IMG/VR virus record: IMGVR_UViG_3300028603_000019
Location: 67,877-131,876 of that record
Length of the DNA: 64,000 bases
Strand: one strand, 5' to 3'
DNA from: a virus
Lineage: Duplodnaviria; Heunggongvirae; Uroviricota; Caudoviricetes
Below are positions 8,940-18,025 of this stretch, in pieces. Position numbers and translations under genes: made by a program. Under the pieces are notes generated by a model. That model did not search any database. It was not told where the DNA came from and was given only the letters and a program-made list of their open reading frames with translations. Numbering within the stretch: position 1 is the first letter of the stretch; each line of letters opens with the position of its first letter.

Positions 8940-8984
8940 GAGTTCCTCTTGTCGTACAGATTCTAGTCTTAGGAGGATCCTAAC

Positions 8985-9662
8985 TCATTTTTCAATAAAT
9001 GGCAAGCCATGAATGAGATCCTCGACCTTGGCTTTGATTTCTGCTGGGTTCGCCTTCCCCCTGGTCGCCTTCATCACTTGTCCAACGACCCAGTTAATCA
9101 GCTTAGGGTCTCGGAGCTTTTCGCGGTGCTCCTCTACCAAGGCTTCCACGACCTGATCAAACTCCGAAGTATCTGCTGCAGCATACTTCTCATCCGCAAC
9201 CACATCCCACCAGAATTCCTTGGTCGATACGCGTTCAATAATCTCACGAAGATGTCGTTTCTCAAACACGCCGAAATGAAGACACTCAAGGATATTCCTG
9301 ATAGTTACCGTTGAAATTTTGATTATATGCTCTTTGAGTTCATTCAGGCACAGCTTGCCCAAATCTTCCATTCCAATGTATTCAGACGAGGAGATGATCT
9401 TGAAACGATATACAAAATCAATCCAAGATTCATCGAAAATATCCTGGAGTTCCTTCACGACTTGTTCAGGAACTCCAGCCAAATAACTCTTTGCGGCTGG
9501 ATAGGTGAACCAACATACACGCTTATGTGTCCTATCAGTAAGCTTTAACCAAGGAGTTGGTCGGCTTTCTTCTTTATCGTCAGTGCCATAGTGATGCGCC
9601 GCACCATAGATCCAATTTTCATTTCTCTGAATCTCAACATACTCCGTTCGTCGATTCATCAA
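8985..9662 (-). CDS. GatB/YqeY-domain protein
   Basis: C-terminal VGQVMKATRGKANPAEIKAKVEDLI resembles the YqeY/GatB C-terminal domain. Confidence 0.4.
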   Translation of the reverse strand: MMNRRTEYVEIQRNENWIYGAAHHYGTDDKEESRPTPWLKLTDRTHKRVCWFTYPAAKSYLAGVPEQVVKELQDIFDESWIDFVYRFKIISSSEYIGMEDLGKLCLNELKEHIIKISTVTIRNILECLHFGVFEKRHLREIIERVSTKEFWWDVVADEKYAAADTSEFDQVVEALVEEHREKLRDPKLINWVVGQVMKATRGKANPAEIKAKVEDLIHGLPFIEK

Positions 9663-9835
9663 GGAACCAAAACAATCTCAAAATCACGGCCACCGACAGG
9701 AACACACCAAACTTTGTTGTCCGGATTGAAGAAACCATTTGTGATTCCTTCCGCCATTTGTTTCACATATTCCTCGGCCTTTGCTCTAAGCATATCCCCA
9801 ATTCCGACCTTGATCAGATAGCGATTACTCATCGT
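9659..9835 (-). CDS. hypothetical small protein (start trimmed to an internal Met)
   Basis: Track ORF 9659..9910 overlaps the upstream gene by 86 nt; an internal start near 9835 is more plausible. Confidence 0.25.
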   Translation of the reverse strand, partial: TMSNRYLIKVGIGDMLRAKAEEYVKQMAEGITNGFFNPDNKVWCVPVGGRDFEIVLVP

Positions 9836-10418
9836 CATACATCTCCAATGCTTCTGCGAGCATTCCCATACTCTGTTCATATCGGGCATCCAGACCCTCG
9901 GGAATCTCATGCCTGTGCCCGACCTTATCTTTGATCATTTGCAATGATTTCTTGTATTTTGCTTGTGATTTCTCACGCTTCTCCGGTGTCCACTTGGATT
10001 TATCGCCGGTGAAGTTGACCCAATTATCCGCATATTTGACCATCATGGCCCGAGTGTTACCGCTGTTGATGATCTTGCGAATGTTGTCAAAGTAGGATAA
10101 TCCCTTGTCCTTGGTGACTAGGGAGACCGCGGACAGGACATCATCGTCGAAACCCATTTTCTTCAGATCTTCCAAGGTATAATGGGTATCTTCGAGCGTG
10201 TCATGAAGAAGTGACGCTATCTGTGCCTTCACGTCAAACTTGGCACCGAAGATCTGTTTGCCGGCATCCCGGACATCTTTCACGTGAGTCAGGTATGGCT
10301 TATTTCCATATTTCTGACCAGCGTGAGCTTTTCGGACCAAATCAAGCGCCTTCTGTAGATTTGCCGATTCTTGAAGTAGCTGTTCAGTGAGGTTCTGCAT
10401 ATCCATGATGTTATCCAT
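9825..10418 (-). CDS. HD-domain (p)ppGpp hydrolase-like protein (SpoT/MESH1-type small alarmone hydrolase)
   Basis: AHAGQKYGNKPYLTHV ... AQIASLLHDTLEDT ... VTKDK matches the RelA/SpoT HD-domain consensus. Confidence 0.6.
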   Translation of the reverse strand: MDNIMDMQNLTEQLLQESANLQKALDLVRKAHAGQKYGNKPYLTHVKDVRDAGKQIFGAKFDVKAQIASLLHDTLEDTHYTLEDLKKMGFDDDVLSAVSLVTKDKGLSYFDNIRKIINSGNTRAMMVKYADNWVNFTGDKSKWTPEKREKSQAKYKKSLQMIKDKVGHRHEIPEGLDARYEQSMGMLAEALEMYDDE

Positions 10419-10680
10419 CCTTTTTGTTTAATTCTCTTTTGGTCGGTCGGGCGAGAATAATTCTCTGCGCATCATGAACGGCTTTCCTAAAATCATTGAT
10501 ATCATCATTCACGACACCCAAATCGTTCATGTTCGGAAGCTCTAGATAAGCCGACCAAGCATCCGCAAGACGTCTCAATACCGCTTGTTCTGCATTAGTG
10601 ATTCTGTGTGTCATGTATTCTAATGAAATTTTGATCTTGATAACGCTTGGATTTCTCGAACCTGACAGGGATCTCCCCAA
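10411..10680 (-). CDS. hypothetical protein
   Basis: 89-aa ORF. Confidence 0.3.
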   Translation of the reverse strand: MGRSLSGSRNPSVIKIKISLEYMTHRITNAEQAVLRRLADAWSAYLELPNMNDLGVVNDDINDFRKAVHDAQRIILARPTKRELNKKDG

Positions 10681-10685
10681 ACTAC

Positions 10686-11132
10686 CTAGTAATTAGCCGG
10701 GTAGGGTATCCAAACAAATGCAGTTGAACCGTCATGTTCCATCACGCACATCGGAGCTTCATAAACAGGATTATCAAGATATTTGCCCTTCCAGAAGAAA
10801 TATGAATAATCATATGGGTTGTAGTCCACACGCACCCAATCACTCGATGATTGTATATTCCAGAATTGGAGCCTTTGATAGTCTCCTGTGGTCGAGAAAT
10901 ATTCTTCACCCCTCACGAAGGCATGAACATTCTTCTGACCTGTTTGTCGAACTTTCTCGCGACCGGCGGGTTGAACCACAAATTTCACAGGACCGGGAAA
11001 GATGATGAAATTTGAATGAAGATCAACCTTGCGTGTTCTTCTATTCAGGATACTCCAAGTATCCTGGGATAGGTTTCGATACACATCAACCGGGAATTTC
11101 TTGTGAGCAAAGACACCATTAGTCATGATCAT
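10686..11132 (-). CDS. hypothetical protein
   Basis: 148-aa ORF. Confidence 0.35.
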   Translation of the reverse strand: MIMTNGVFAHKKFPVDVYRNLSQDTWSILNRRTRKVDLHSNFIIFPGPVKFVVQPAGREKVRQTGQKNVHAFVRGEEYFSTTGDYQRLQFWNIQSSSDWVRVDYNPYDYSYFFWKGKYLDNPVYEAPMCVMEHDGSTAFVWIPYPANY

Positions 11133-11790
11133 ACTCCTCGGTCTCGATCCCGGATTTTGTAACGATCACCTTCACATGATCCCCGAACATGTCATTCATG
11201 AGACCATCTTCAATGCTACTGACAATCTTGACTAGCTCCCGGAAATCATCGGCCAGGTTTGGATAATTCTTCACAAACTCCTCGACCACTGCGACATTGT
11301 CCTCCATTTCGGCCAATGTTTGGTAGTATGGGTTCCAATTCCGCATATTTTCTTCGGGAGTCTTGTTTGACCAACGGTATCCGGTATCAAACGGATCCCG
11401 TTTATATTTGGAGATCCATTCCTCTCGATACTTCACGGCTGCTGCATACGGATCCGCAAAATATACCCTGGCCTCTTCAAGACCTCTCTGAAGATTCTTC
11501 AGATCTTCCGTGTTGCAAATTTCCGATCCCTCATGCTCTCCGAGATCATCTTCAGTCAGAGCGATGTAGATGTCGTTGACGCTGAAGATGCACTCCTCAC
11601 CATCGGAAAAGAAAGGCGTAAATTGTGTCCAAAAGATCGCATGAACAGCACCGTCATATTTTTCAAAGAAGTCTCGAAACCCAGCCTTCATCAGTTCCTT
11701 TGACTTCTCTTTCATTTCTTCGCGGAGCAGCATGATCTTTTGACCAAGTGTTTTCTGTTCCGCTTTCAAAGTCTCAATGTCAAATTTCAT
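11119..11790 (-). CDS. hypothetical protein
   Basis: 223-aa ORF. Confidence 0.35.
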   Translation of the reverse strand: MKFDIETLKAEQKTLGQKIMLLREEMKEKSKELMKAGFRDFFEKYDGAVHAIFWTQFTPFFSDGEECIFSVNDIYIALTEDDLGEHEGSEICNTEDLKNLQRGLEEARVYFADPYAAAVKYREEWISKYKRDPFDTGYRWSNKTPEENMRNWNPYYQTLAEMEDNVAVVEEFVKNYPNLADDFRELVKIVSSIEDGLMNDMFGDHVKVIVTKSGIETEEYDHD

Positions 11791-11792
11791 GG

Positions 11793-12155
11793 TCAGTCGA
11801 CCTCCATCCCAATCGATTCTACGTATGTCTTCATTCCCCGACCGAGCATCCAGTCTTTCGGAGGCAAGTCCTTGAGCCAGTCGTCAATCGTCGGAATCAT
11901 TCCACGGCAATCTTCCTTGACGTGATCCTCGGCGATGTCACGAACTGATACTTGTTTCCCCGTCGAGTTGGTGAAGTATGTGCCAAATACCTTCTCGACC
12001 AGGAAGATCCCGAATGAGTTGTGGAGGATCGCTCGATGGTAAAAATTCGCGGAAGCTGCCTTGGTGCTATCCATGAAATCATGAATCGGCAGGTAGTCTT
12101 CCACAGTTCCGCCATATCGCTTGACGGAGTTTCGTGCATGAATCAGTGGTTTCAT
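11793..12155 (-). CDS. hypothetical protein
   Basis: 120-aa ORF. Confidence 0.35.
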   Translation of the reverse strand: MKPLIHARNSVKRYGGTVEDYLPIHDFMDSTKAASANFYHRAILHNSFGIFLVEKVFGTYFTNSTGKQVSVRDIAEDHVKEDCRGMIPTIDDWLKDLPPKDWMLGRGMKTYVESIGMEVD

Positions 12156-12158
12156 ATT

Positions 12159-12515
12159 TCAATATTTCCTGTTCATTACATAGAGGCCGAAGATGGCCCT
12201 GATCATGGCATCCAGAACATTTTCGTGTTCACTGTCGAAGTTTCCAATCGTGACCCTGTATTGCGGACCCATAAGGTCAATGGTCTCAATCTTGACCGGG
12301 ATACCTCTCCATAGAGTCCTTACGATATGGAAGAAGGCCGTGAAATCATATTCTCCGATCAGATTTTCAAAGTAGCCGGCCAGAAACTGAATCTCGTCCT
12401 CTTCAAGAACGTCCTCCCATCTGTTGAATGTAGGATCATATTCTTCCAGCACCGAAAGAATGTGATTCTCAACATCGGAATCAATGATGTCCATGTATCC
12501 CATGTCAGAGACCAT
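12159..12515 (-). CDS. hypothetical protein
   Basis: 118-aa ORF. Confidence 0.35.
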   Translation of the reverse strand: MVSDMGYMDIIDSDVENHILSVLEEYDPTFNRWEDVLEEDEIQFLAGYFENLIGEYDFTAFFHIVRTLWRGIPVKIETIDLMGPQYRVTIGNFDSEHENVLDAMIRAIFGLYVMNRKY

Positions 12516-13209
12516 TCCTAATTGCGATCAGGCGATCAAGACCGATCGCAATTTCACAGTTTCGAGTATCCTCGGAGAAATCATGTCGGATGCTACAAGA
12601 CGCGACCTCTTTCCACGCATCGTGATATTCAATCTCAATGTCCAAGGTCGTTTCGGAATATTCTGGAAGCCGGTCAGATTCCACAATTCGGATCCCAGTC
12701 TCTCCACGCATGAACATCTTCATGTCACGAATTAGTGCATCCATCAGAGCACTACGATAATCATCGTGGGTCCCGAGCGCATAGATACACTGAAACTCCT
12801 GCTGCGAAAATTCATTGAATCTCAATTTTGAAGCAGTTGCGCCGTCTGCTTTCTCTACGGCGAAAACTCTTCCGACTTGCCAGAAGCAGGCCGGCAGTTG
12901 TTTCTGCGATCGGATCATTCCACGGGCAACTTGATACGTGGAAGCGGTGGTCTCCGGACGTAAGACCAGTTTCTGACTCATCTTCTCGACTTGAGTCTCA
13001 AAAATGTCGTCCTCGGTGTAGGACGATGAGACGAACGACCTCGGAGTCAACAGTGGACCCTCGACACGATGGATGCGCCACGCCTTGTTCATATCGACCA
13101 GTGTTCGCTTCACGGTGTCGGTGAACACCTTAGTCATCATTTCTCGGAATTCAATTTCCTCTTCATTGTAGAAGCGAAGAGTCTCGACCCCATACAATCC
13201 GTGGCTCAT
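12505..13209 (-). CDS. hypothetical protein
   Basis: 234-aa ORF. Confidence 0.35.
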   Translation of the reverse strand: MSHGLYGVETLRFYNEEEIEFREMMTKVFTDTVKRTLVDMNKAWRIHRVEGPLLTPRSFVSSSYTEDDIFETQVEKMSQKLVLRPETTASTYQVARGMIRSQKQLPACFWQVGRVFAVEKADGATASKLRFNEFSQQEFQCIYALGTHDDYRSALMDALIRDMKMFMRGETGIRIVESDRLPEYSETTLDIEIEYHDAWKEVASCSIRHDFSEDTRNCEIAIGLDRLIAIRNGL

Positions 13210-13484
13210 TTGCCGCTACTCCACCATTCGGGTTCTGGGAATACCATCTTGGTCTGAACTATTTCAGCAACGCCGTTTCCAATGTAGCAACGCCAATGAT
13301 CGGGTGATTCTTCTCCAACACCTTCTACGATGCCACGAGCGGTCGGATTCTCCTTGGCAAATCTCTTGACATCTTCTTCGAAAGTATACCAATTGATATG
13401 TCTGTAAGTTACACCCTCGAACAGGAGATTTTGAATCAGATCTGCGTTATCTTCGATGATCATAAATTCCGTGTAATAACCCAT
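13206..13484 (-). CDS. hypothetical protein
   Basis: 92-aa ORF. Confidence 0.35.
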   Translation of the reverse strand: MGYYTEFMIIEDNADLIQNLLFEGVTYRHINWYTFEEDVKRFAKENPTARGIVEGVGEESPDHWRCYIGNGVAEIVQTKMVFPEPEWWSSGK

Positions 13485-13490
13485 TTTTCC

Positions 13491-13637
13491 TCACCTCGTG
13501 TAAAAGGTTGCAATCAGGATCGCGATGGTTGCCGCAACACCGAGTGAAAGCAGAATCACTGAATTCGACTCACTCTGGATCCAATTTTCCAGACCGAAGA
13601 TCCACGAATCAATGTAGCTCACATGAACCGTCTTCAT
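13491..13637 (-). CDS. small membrane protein (48 aa; start at MKTVHV)
   Basis: C-terminal TM segment ILLSLGVAATIAILIATFY. Its ATG overlaps the TGA of the upstream frame (ATGA). Confidence 0.35.
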   Translation of the reverse strand: MKTVHVSYIDSWIFGLENWIQSESNSVILLSLGVAATIAILIATFYTR

Positions 13638-13822
13638 TCGAAGATCTCCATGATGTCTCCGTCGTCGAAGACACAATATTCGAGATAGTGGTCTTCCGGA
13701 GACGTGACCTCAATCAACTAATACCCATCAAAACGAGATACTGATCGGTAGGTTTCCACGTCAATTCCCTCTTCCGCGCAATATTCTTCGAACAGCGACA
13801 ATGCTACGTCTTTCATCATCAT
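13634..13822 (-). CDS. 62-codon frame containing an in-frame TAG (either two coupled mini-genes or one read-through product)
   Basis: The ATG overlaps the stop of the TilS-like gene (ATGA). There are 34 codons, then TAG at 13720..13718, then 27 open codons, ending in a TGA that overlaps the next ATG. Confidence 0.3.
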
Positions 13823-14409
13823 TGACGATTCTCCACCTTGCGGGCCACGACCTTATGAAGACCAGGATTGACGACCAAGCATTTCTCCAGAAGCTCGTGA
13901 CGAATGTAGTTTCTCATATGCTTGGTATCCTGATTGGAAATATCCTCAATCCACGGAACATTGTGTCGCGTAGCCCAATCAATGAATACTTGTTTTCGGT
14001 TTAGGCGGAATGGGCGAAACACCTGGGCATTGAAATATGGAATAACCTTGGGGTCGCCGTGAAGGGAGGACCAGATCCAGTTCTCTACACAATCATCCAG
14101 ATGATGAGCCGTGATCACCCACGGAAACTTGCGAAAGAAGGCATATCGCTCGTTGCGCCAATATTCTTCCAGTGATTCGCTGGTAGGTTTGCTGCTCTGA
14201 ATTTCACCAATTTCCAAAGGCAGGTCTTTCCGATCTGCATATTCCGTGATAAATTCACGGGCCTGTTCCGAAGTCTCCGTCCCATGATCAAAAAATATAA
14301 GGGTGACGTCATGATTCCGGGACAAGAAATCTGCCGCTGCCATGGAGTCGACCCCACCCGAACAGGCGAGGTGGACTTGTCGTGGAATTTTACCCTGGAC
14401 TCGAATCAT
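13819..14409 (-). CDS. tRNA(Ile)-lysidine synthetase-like PP-loop ATPase (TilS catalytic domain only)
   Basis: PP-loop SGGVDS; ITAHHLDDCVENW matches the TilS TAHHLDDQAET motif; NYIRHEL matches TilS RNRIRHEL; 196 aa. Confidence 0.6.
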   Translation of the reverse strand: MIRVQGKIPRQVHLACSGGVDSMAAADFLSRNHDVTLIFFDHGTETSEQAREFITEYADRKDLPLEIGEIQSSKPTSESLEEYWRNERYAFFRKFPWVITAHHLDDCVENWIWSSLHGDPKVIPYFNAQVFRPFRLNRKQVFIDWATRHNVPWIEDISNQDTKHMRNYIRHELLEKCLVVNPGLHKVVARKVENRQ

Positions 14410-14501
14410 ACTTCAGATCGCGTAGATGAACAGACACAGGGCCAGGAAGGCCGCGAGGGTCAGAACATCAAAGAGTTCCCGAATGAATTCCCAGCCCTTC
14501 A

Positions 14502-14681
14502 TGCGCGTGCTCCCACCTTGACGGGTTCTGCCCAGGCACGGACAATATCAACTCCGAACATCTTGGCATCCGCGCGGGCGCGACGAAGACCTTCTTCTTC
14601 CCCGCGAGTCCAGGTAAAGGCGCGGATGATCTCACCGTCGGTCGTTTCAACGAAGATGATAAAAGTGGGTTCCACGAGGAA
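14502..14681 (-). CDS. hypothetical protein (GTG start after an AAGGAG SD)
   Basis: AAGGAG, 7 nt, then GTG. The stop overlaps the ATG of a 29-aa TM mini-ORF (14413..14502). Confidence 0.25.
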
Positions 14682-14734
14682 GCTCCTTGTTAGTGGTGTT
14701 TCTAAGGACAAACTAACTCAATTCTTGGGAACGG

Positions 14735-15175
14735 TCAACCGTTTTTTGCCTGTTCCTGGATCGCTACTCTTTTCCTCAAGTCACTCGATGAGAACCGATG
14801 ATCGCGGGAATTGAAGTGAAGCCGGATACCACGTTTCTTGCAGGTCTCACGACCAGTGAAGTCTTTGTCTCGGTATTCAACGCCCAGGATCCTGACCGTG
14901 ATAGGATACATGTTTATGATATCCTCAAGATCAGCTTCCGTTTCATACACCACAATTTCATCGACATACTTCACTGCCGATAGCTGGATATACCGCTCGA
15001 CCACCGTTTGGACGGGCTTATTCTTCTCCGGTCGATCCAGCGTCGGATCGGTCTGGAGTGCCGCGATCAGGTAATCACATTGGTGCTTTGCCTCACGGAG
15101 CATCATGATATGTCCAGCGTGAAGAAGATCAAAAGATGATGTTACAAGTCCAAATACAGTGTTCAATTCAGTCAA
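14735..15175 (-). CDS. cytidylyltransferase-like nucleotidyltransferase (HxGH family)
   Basis: FDLLHAGH motif; 146 aa; TagD/RfaE-domain-II-like. Confidence 0.55.
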   Translation of the reverse strand: MTELNTVFGLVTSSFDLLHAGHIMMLREAKHQCDYLIAALQTDPTLDRPEKNKPVQTVVERYIQLSAVKYVDEIVVYETEADLEDIINMYPITVRILGVEYRDKDFTGRETCKKRGIRLHFNSRDHRFSSSDLRKRVAIQEQAKNG

Positions 15176-15356
15176 AATCTCCCCTGAGGATAGCGGATTT
15201 CAATTTCTCATATTGAGGCTTCGTGATGTGAAATTTTTCCCCGTCGAGCATTTGAACAACGACCTTGCCGGAGGCCAAACCAAACCCAGGGGCAACCCCT
15301 AGTATGTGATCGGTATTGATAATGAACTCGGGATTTTCTGAAACAAAGAATTTCAA
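15168..15356 (-). CDS. hypothetical protein
   Basis: 62-aa ORF. Confidence 0.3.
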   Translation of the reverse strand: MKFFVSENPEFIINTDHILGVAPGFGLASGKVVVQMLDGEKFHITKPQYEKLKSAILRGDFD

Positions 15357-15359
15357 GAA

Positions 15360-15761
15360 TTAATCCTCCATGTAGTGAATTCCCGTGACTTTGCACAGGA
15401 GTTTCTTAGTCAGATAGGCGTATTCCCCTTCCAGGCCCATCGTGTCGTGCACCCACATTTCAATGTCGATGGGATGCTCAAAACCTTCCGCGTCCGCAAT
15501 CCAGGCCAGAGCGGTCTCACGAGAGCCGGCGCCCATCTTCTGATATTTGGCAACCAGGGCATCAAAGGCCAGGATAGCTTCCTCGGCCGCGACACGGGAG
15601 AACGCGATATCCCTCTCCACATCGAACCGAAAGGAATCCCAGATTTTCTGCTTCTCCTCGGGGGACGCGGAATAGAAGCGATGATCGCCGCGGGGACGAA
15701 ACCCGCAGGCATCTTTGTGAAGATCGGAGAAAAGTTCTTCGGAGTAGCTGTAGACGGTCAT
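15360..15761 (-). CDS. hypothetical protein
   Basis: 133-aa ORF preceded by the conserved leader motif. Confidence 0.4.
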   Translation of the reverse strand: MTVYSYSEELFSDLHKDACGFRPRGDHRFYSASPEEKQKIWDSFRFDVERDIAFSRVAAEEAILAFDALVAKYQKMGAGSRETALAWIADAEGFEHPIDIEMWVHDTMGLEGEYAYLTKKLLCKVTGIHYMED

Positions 15762-15770
15762 GTCGGATCC

Positions 15771-15800
15771 CCTTTTCGGTTAGCTTGAGATTATACTAAC
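15771..15800 (-). promoter_or_regulatory. conserved upstream leader/promoter motif (TATAAT-like box + CAAGCUAACCGAAAAGGGGA + ATG)
   Basis: Minus-strand sequence GTTAGTATAATCTCAAGCTAACCGAAAAGGGGATCCGAC-ATG. Near-identical copies lie upstream of the genes starting at 17686 and 59729. Confidence 0.4.
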
Positions 15801-15825
15801 ACGACCGCCCGGTCAACCATTATTT

Positions 15826-17250
15826 TCAAGAAAGTTCCATCGCCATCCGTCGAATTTCCATCACCCGAGCCAGATCATCCGTATCATCCCGATCTTCCCG
15901 AAGTTCGATGAAGCGGGGGTGAGACAGGGCATAGTGGTCGCTTCCTCCGGCTCGTGACAGATCATTAGCCTGAACAGTCATGATCTTGCCGACCAGTTGC
16001 TCTCGCCGCGAGTTAAAATCTTTCAATTGAGCATCAGTAAAACCCGAAGTCCGCCCCTTGATTTGTCCATCGTCGGTCGCAAAGAGGATGGCGCCGAAGG
16101 TCTCTTCCCTCTTGGTCCCAGGACTGCCTTCTTGAAAGCCAGTGATACGAACGTCCACGTCAATTTCAAGTTTCAGTTTCAATTGCTGCTTGCTGGTCCC
16201 GTTCTTGAAAGTTGCATAAAGATCCTTGAGGATCCCGCCCTCATGACCCGCAAGCATCCATCCCGAAACTTTTTCGAGCGCCTCGGCTACAGTATCCACT
16301 TTCTCATATGGGATCGGGTAGATATTCGGAGAATCTTCCTTTTCGAGAAGTCCGAGGAGATTCCCAAACCGATCTTCATATTTTTCCTCGTTGGCGACCT
16401 TGTTCCGGGCATTCCGATATTCATCTTCGGATACCATGTCCCATACAAAAAATTCGATGAGATCATGCGGCGGATTATCGGAATTGATCAGGCCGTTGGA
16501 AACTGCCCGATTCTCCGAATCTCGGACGACAAGCTCCCCAAAATAATGTCCATCGGGAAATTTCTCCAATGATTCTTCCAGGACCGGATACGTGTAGACT
16601 TCTCCGGAGCGGGAATAGAATTTCACATTCCCGTTTGAGACATGAGCTTCGCGATAGGTTCCATCTGCCTTGAGTTGGATATAGGCAGGGAACTGGATAT
16701 TCTTGGCAGTCTCCTTGCTGAAAATTCCGCAGCGCATGTATACAGGCTTATCCACCAACCCCGGGTGAACCTTGTGGACCGTCGTGAGGCCGCAGCTGAT
16801 GCGGAGATCACGTCGCAGAATCAGGAGTCCGACTTCTTGATCTTCCGGAGACATTTGACACAGAAGGGCATGGGTCTCTTCCTCGGCCTTATTGCCCGTA
16901 ACTTCCCTGGTCGCCAGCCGAAATTCCAAGTGGTCGAGAAAAGTTTCCAATGGGATATCCCCGGCCATGTTCCCAAGTTCATCGCCGAGATCGGTGTTGT
17001 GCCACCGACGCCATGACAGTCCGTAGTTATACAGGATACCATCATAAGTCAGCTTGAAGACCCGCTTAAGTAGAGCGTTGTCTTTATGCTTCTTGAGAAC
17101 CTTGAGCTTATGATTGCTTCCGTTCTCAAGGTTGAATTCGTTGAGGATAGTGAGAATACTCATGTGTTTCCTGTTGTTACGAGCGCCAGTCGATACAGAA
17201 CCAGACAATGAGTCCGATACAAACCGCGAAAATGATAATTTCAGAGTCAC
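15826..17250 (-). CDS. ATP-dependent DNA ligase (T4 gp30-like)
   Basis: Adenylation motif I KADGT in ...YIQLKADGTY...; 474 aa. Confidence 0.7.
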   Translation of the reverse strand: MTLKLSFSRFVSDSLSGSVSTGARNNRKHMSILTILNEFNLENGSNHKLKVLKKHKDNALLKRVFKLTYDGILYNYGLSWRRWHNTDLGDELGNMAGDIPLETFLDHLEFRLATREVTGNKAEEETHALLCQMSPEDQEVGLLILRRDLRISCGLTTVHKVHPGLVDKPVYMRCGIFSKETAKNIQFPAYIQLKADGTYREAHVSNGNVKFYSRSGEVYTYPVLEESLEKFPDGHYFGELVVRDSENRAVSNGLINSDNPPHDLIEFFVWDMVSEDEYRNARNKVANEEKYEDRFGNLLGLLEKEDSPNIYPIPYEKVDTVAEALEKVSGWMLAGHEGGILKDLYATFKNGTSKQQLKLKLEIDVDVRITGFQEGSPGTKREETFGAILFATDDGQIKGRTSGFTDAQLKDFNSRREQLVGKIMTVQANDLSRAGGSDHYALSHPRFIELREDRDDTDDLARVMEIRRMAMELS

Positions 17251-17450
17251 TCAAAGTTCAGCTCTTCCTGGAGACGCTCGAGGAGATCCTTTCGGTTTCC
17301 CTGGTTGCTTAGGAAGTCCACATAAGCTGTTCCAAGTTCTTCCGGGGTCGTTGTCTTTAGAAATTCATCAGTCGCCTTGATTTTGTGTTCCAGGGCGTCA
17401 TAGAGCCATACAAGATCACCAATACTCAGTTCCATGTCCGATCTCCTCAA
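17247..17450 (-). CDS. small hypothetical protein (paralog A)
   Basis: 67 aa; shares the pattern L.I.EL..V..ALE..I...DEF with the adjacent 79-aa gene. Confidence 0.35.
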   Translation of the reverse strand: MRRSDMELSIGDLVWLYDALEHKIKATDEFLKTTTPEELGTAYVDFLSNQGNRKDLLERLQEELNFE

Positions 17451-17686
17451 ATGGTGTCCAGAGCTTCATTGATTCGCGCCAGGAGAGCCTTGCGGTCTTC
17501 CTGATATTCCTTTCCGACCTTGTAGGTATATTCGTCATATCCGGGCATATCTCCAGCTCCGATCTTCCGATGAAATTCATCGATGGAGGCGATCTGCTTT
17601 TCGAGCGCGGTGTGGACGAAGGACAATTCGCGGATGGTCAGTTTCATGACCGGATCTCCTTTTCGGTTAGCTTGAATATAACTCAA
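17447..17686 (-). CDS. small hypothetical protein (paralog B)
   Basis: 79 aa; tandem paralog of the previous gene; preceded by the conserved leader motif. Confidence 0.35.
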   Translation of the reverse strand: MSYIQANRKGDPVMKLTIRELSFVHTALEKQIASIDEFHRKIGAGDMPGYDEYTYKVGKEYQEDRKALLARINEALDTI

Positions 17687-17827
17687 GACGCGACCAAAGT
17701 AAAGCAGATTTTGTGCGGGCGCAGGCTAACTGGCGATCTGAATGGGCATAGGTCTTTCGACCAGGTGGTCCCAGAATTCCTGCACTCTCCCGGACCATTT
17801 TCGAGGGTCCGCACAAAGGCTTGAGAC

Positions 17828-18025
17828 CTAGTGGACCTCAAGAACCTCTTCGGTATCTACAAGGTCATCATCAAGGACGTCCTCATAGTCACCAGCCATA
17901 TAGATGGCTTCCGCCTCTTCAGCAGTCACTTCCTCACTAAATGAGATTTTCACGTCGTGAATCTCACGGACACGAATCGTCCAGGTTCGTTTGGTTTCAT
18001 TTTCCATTATCAAGCACCTCTTCAA
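17828..18025 (-). CDS. hypothetical acidic protein
   Basis: 65-aa ORF. Confidence 0.3.
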   Translation of the reverse strand: MKRCLIMENETKRTWTIRVREIHDVKISFSEEVTAEEAEAIYMAGDYEDVLDDDLVDTEEVLEVH

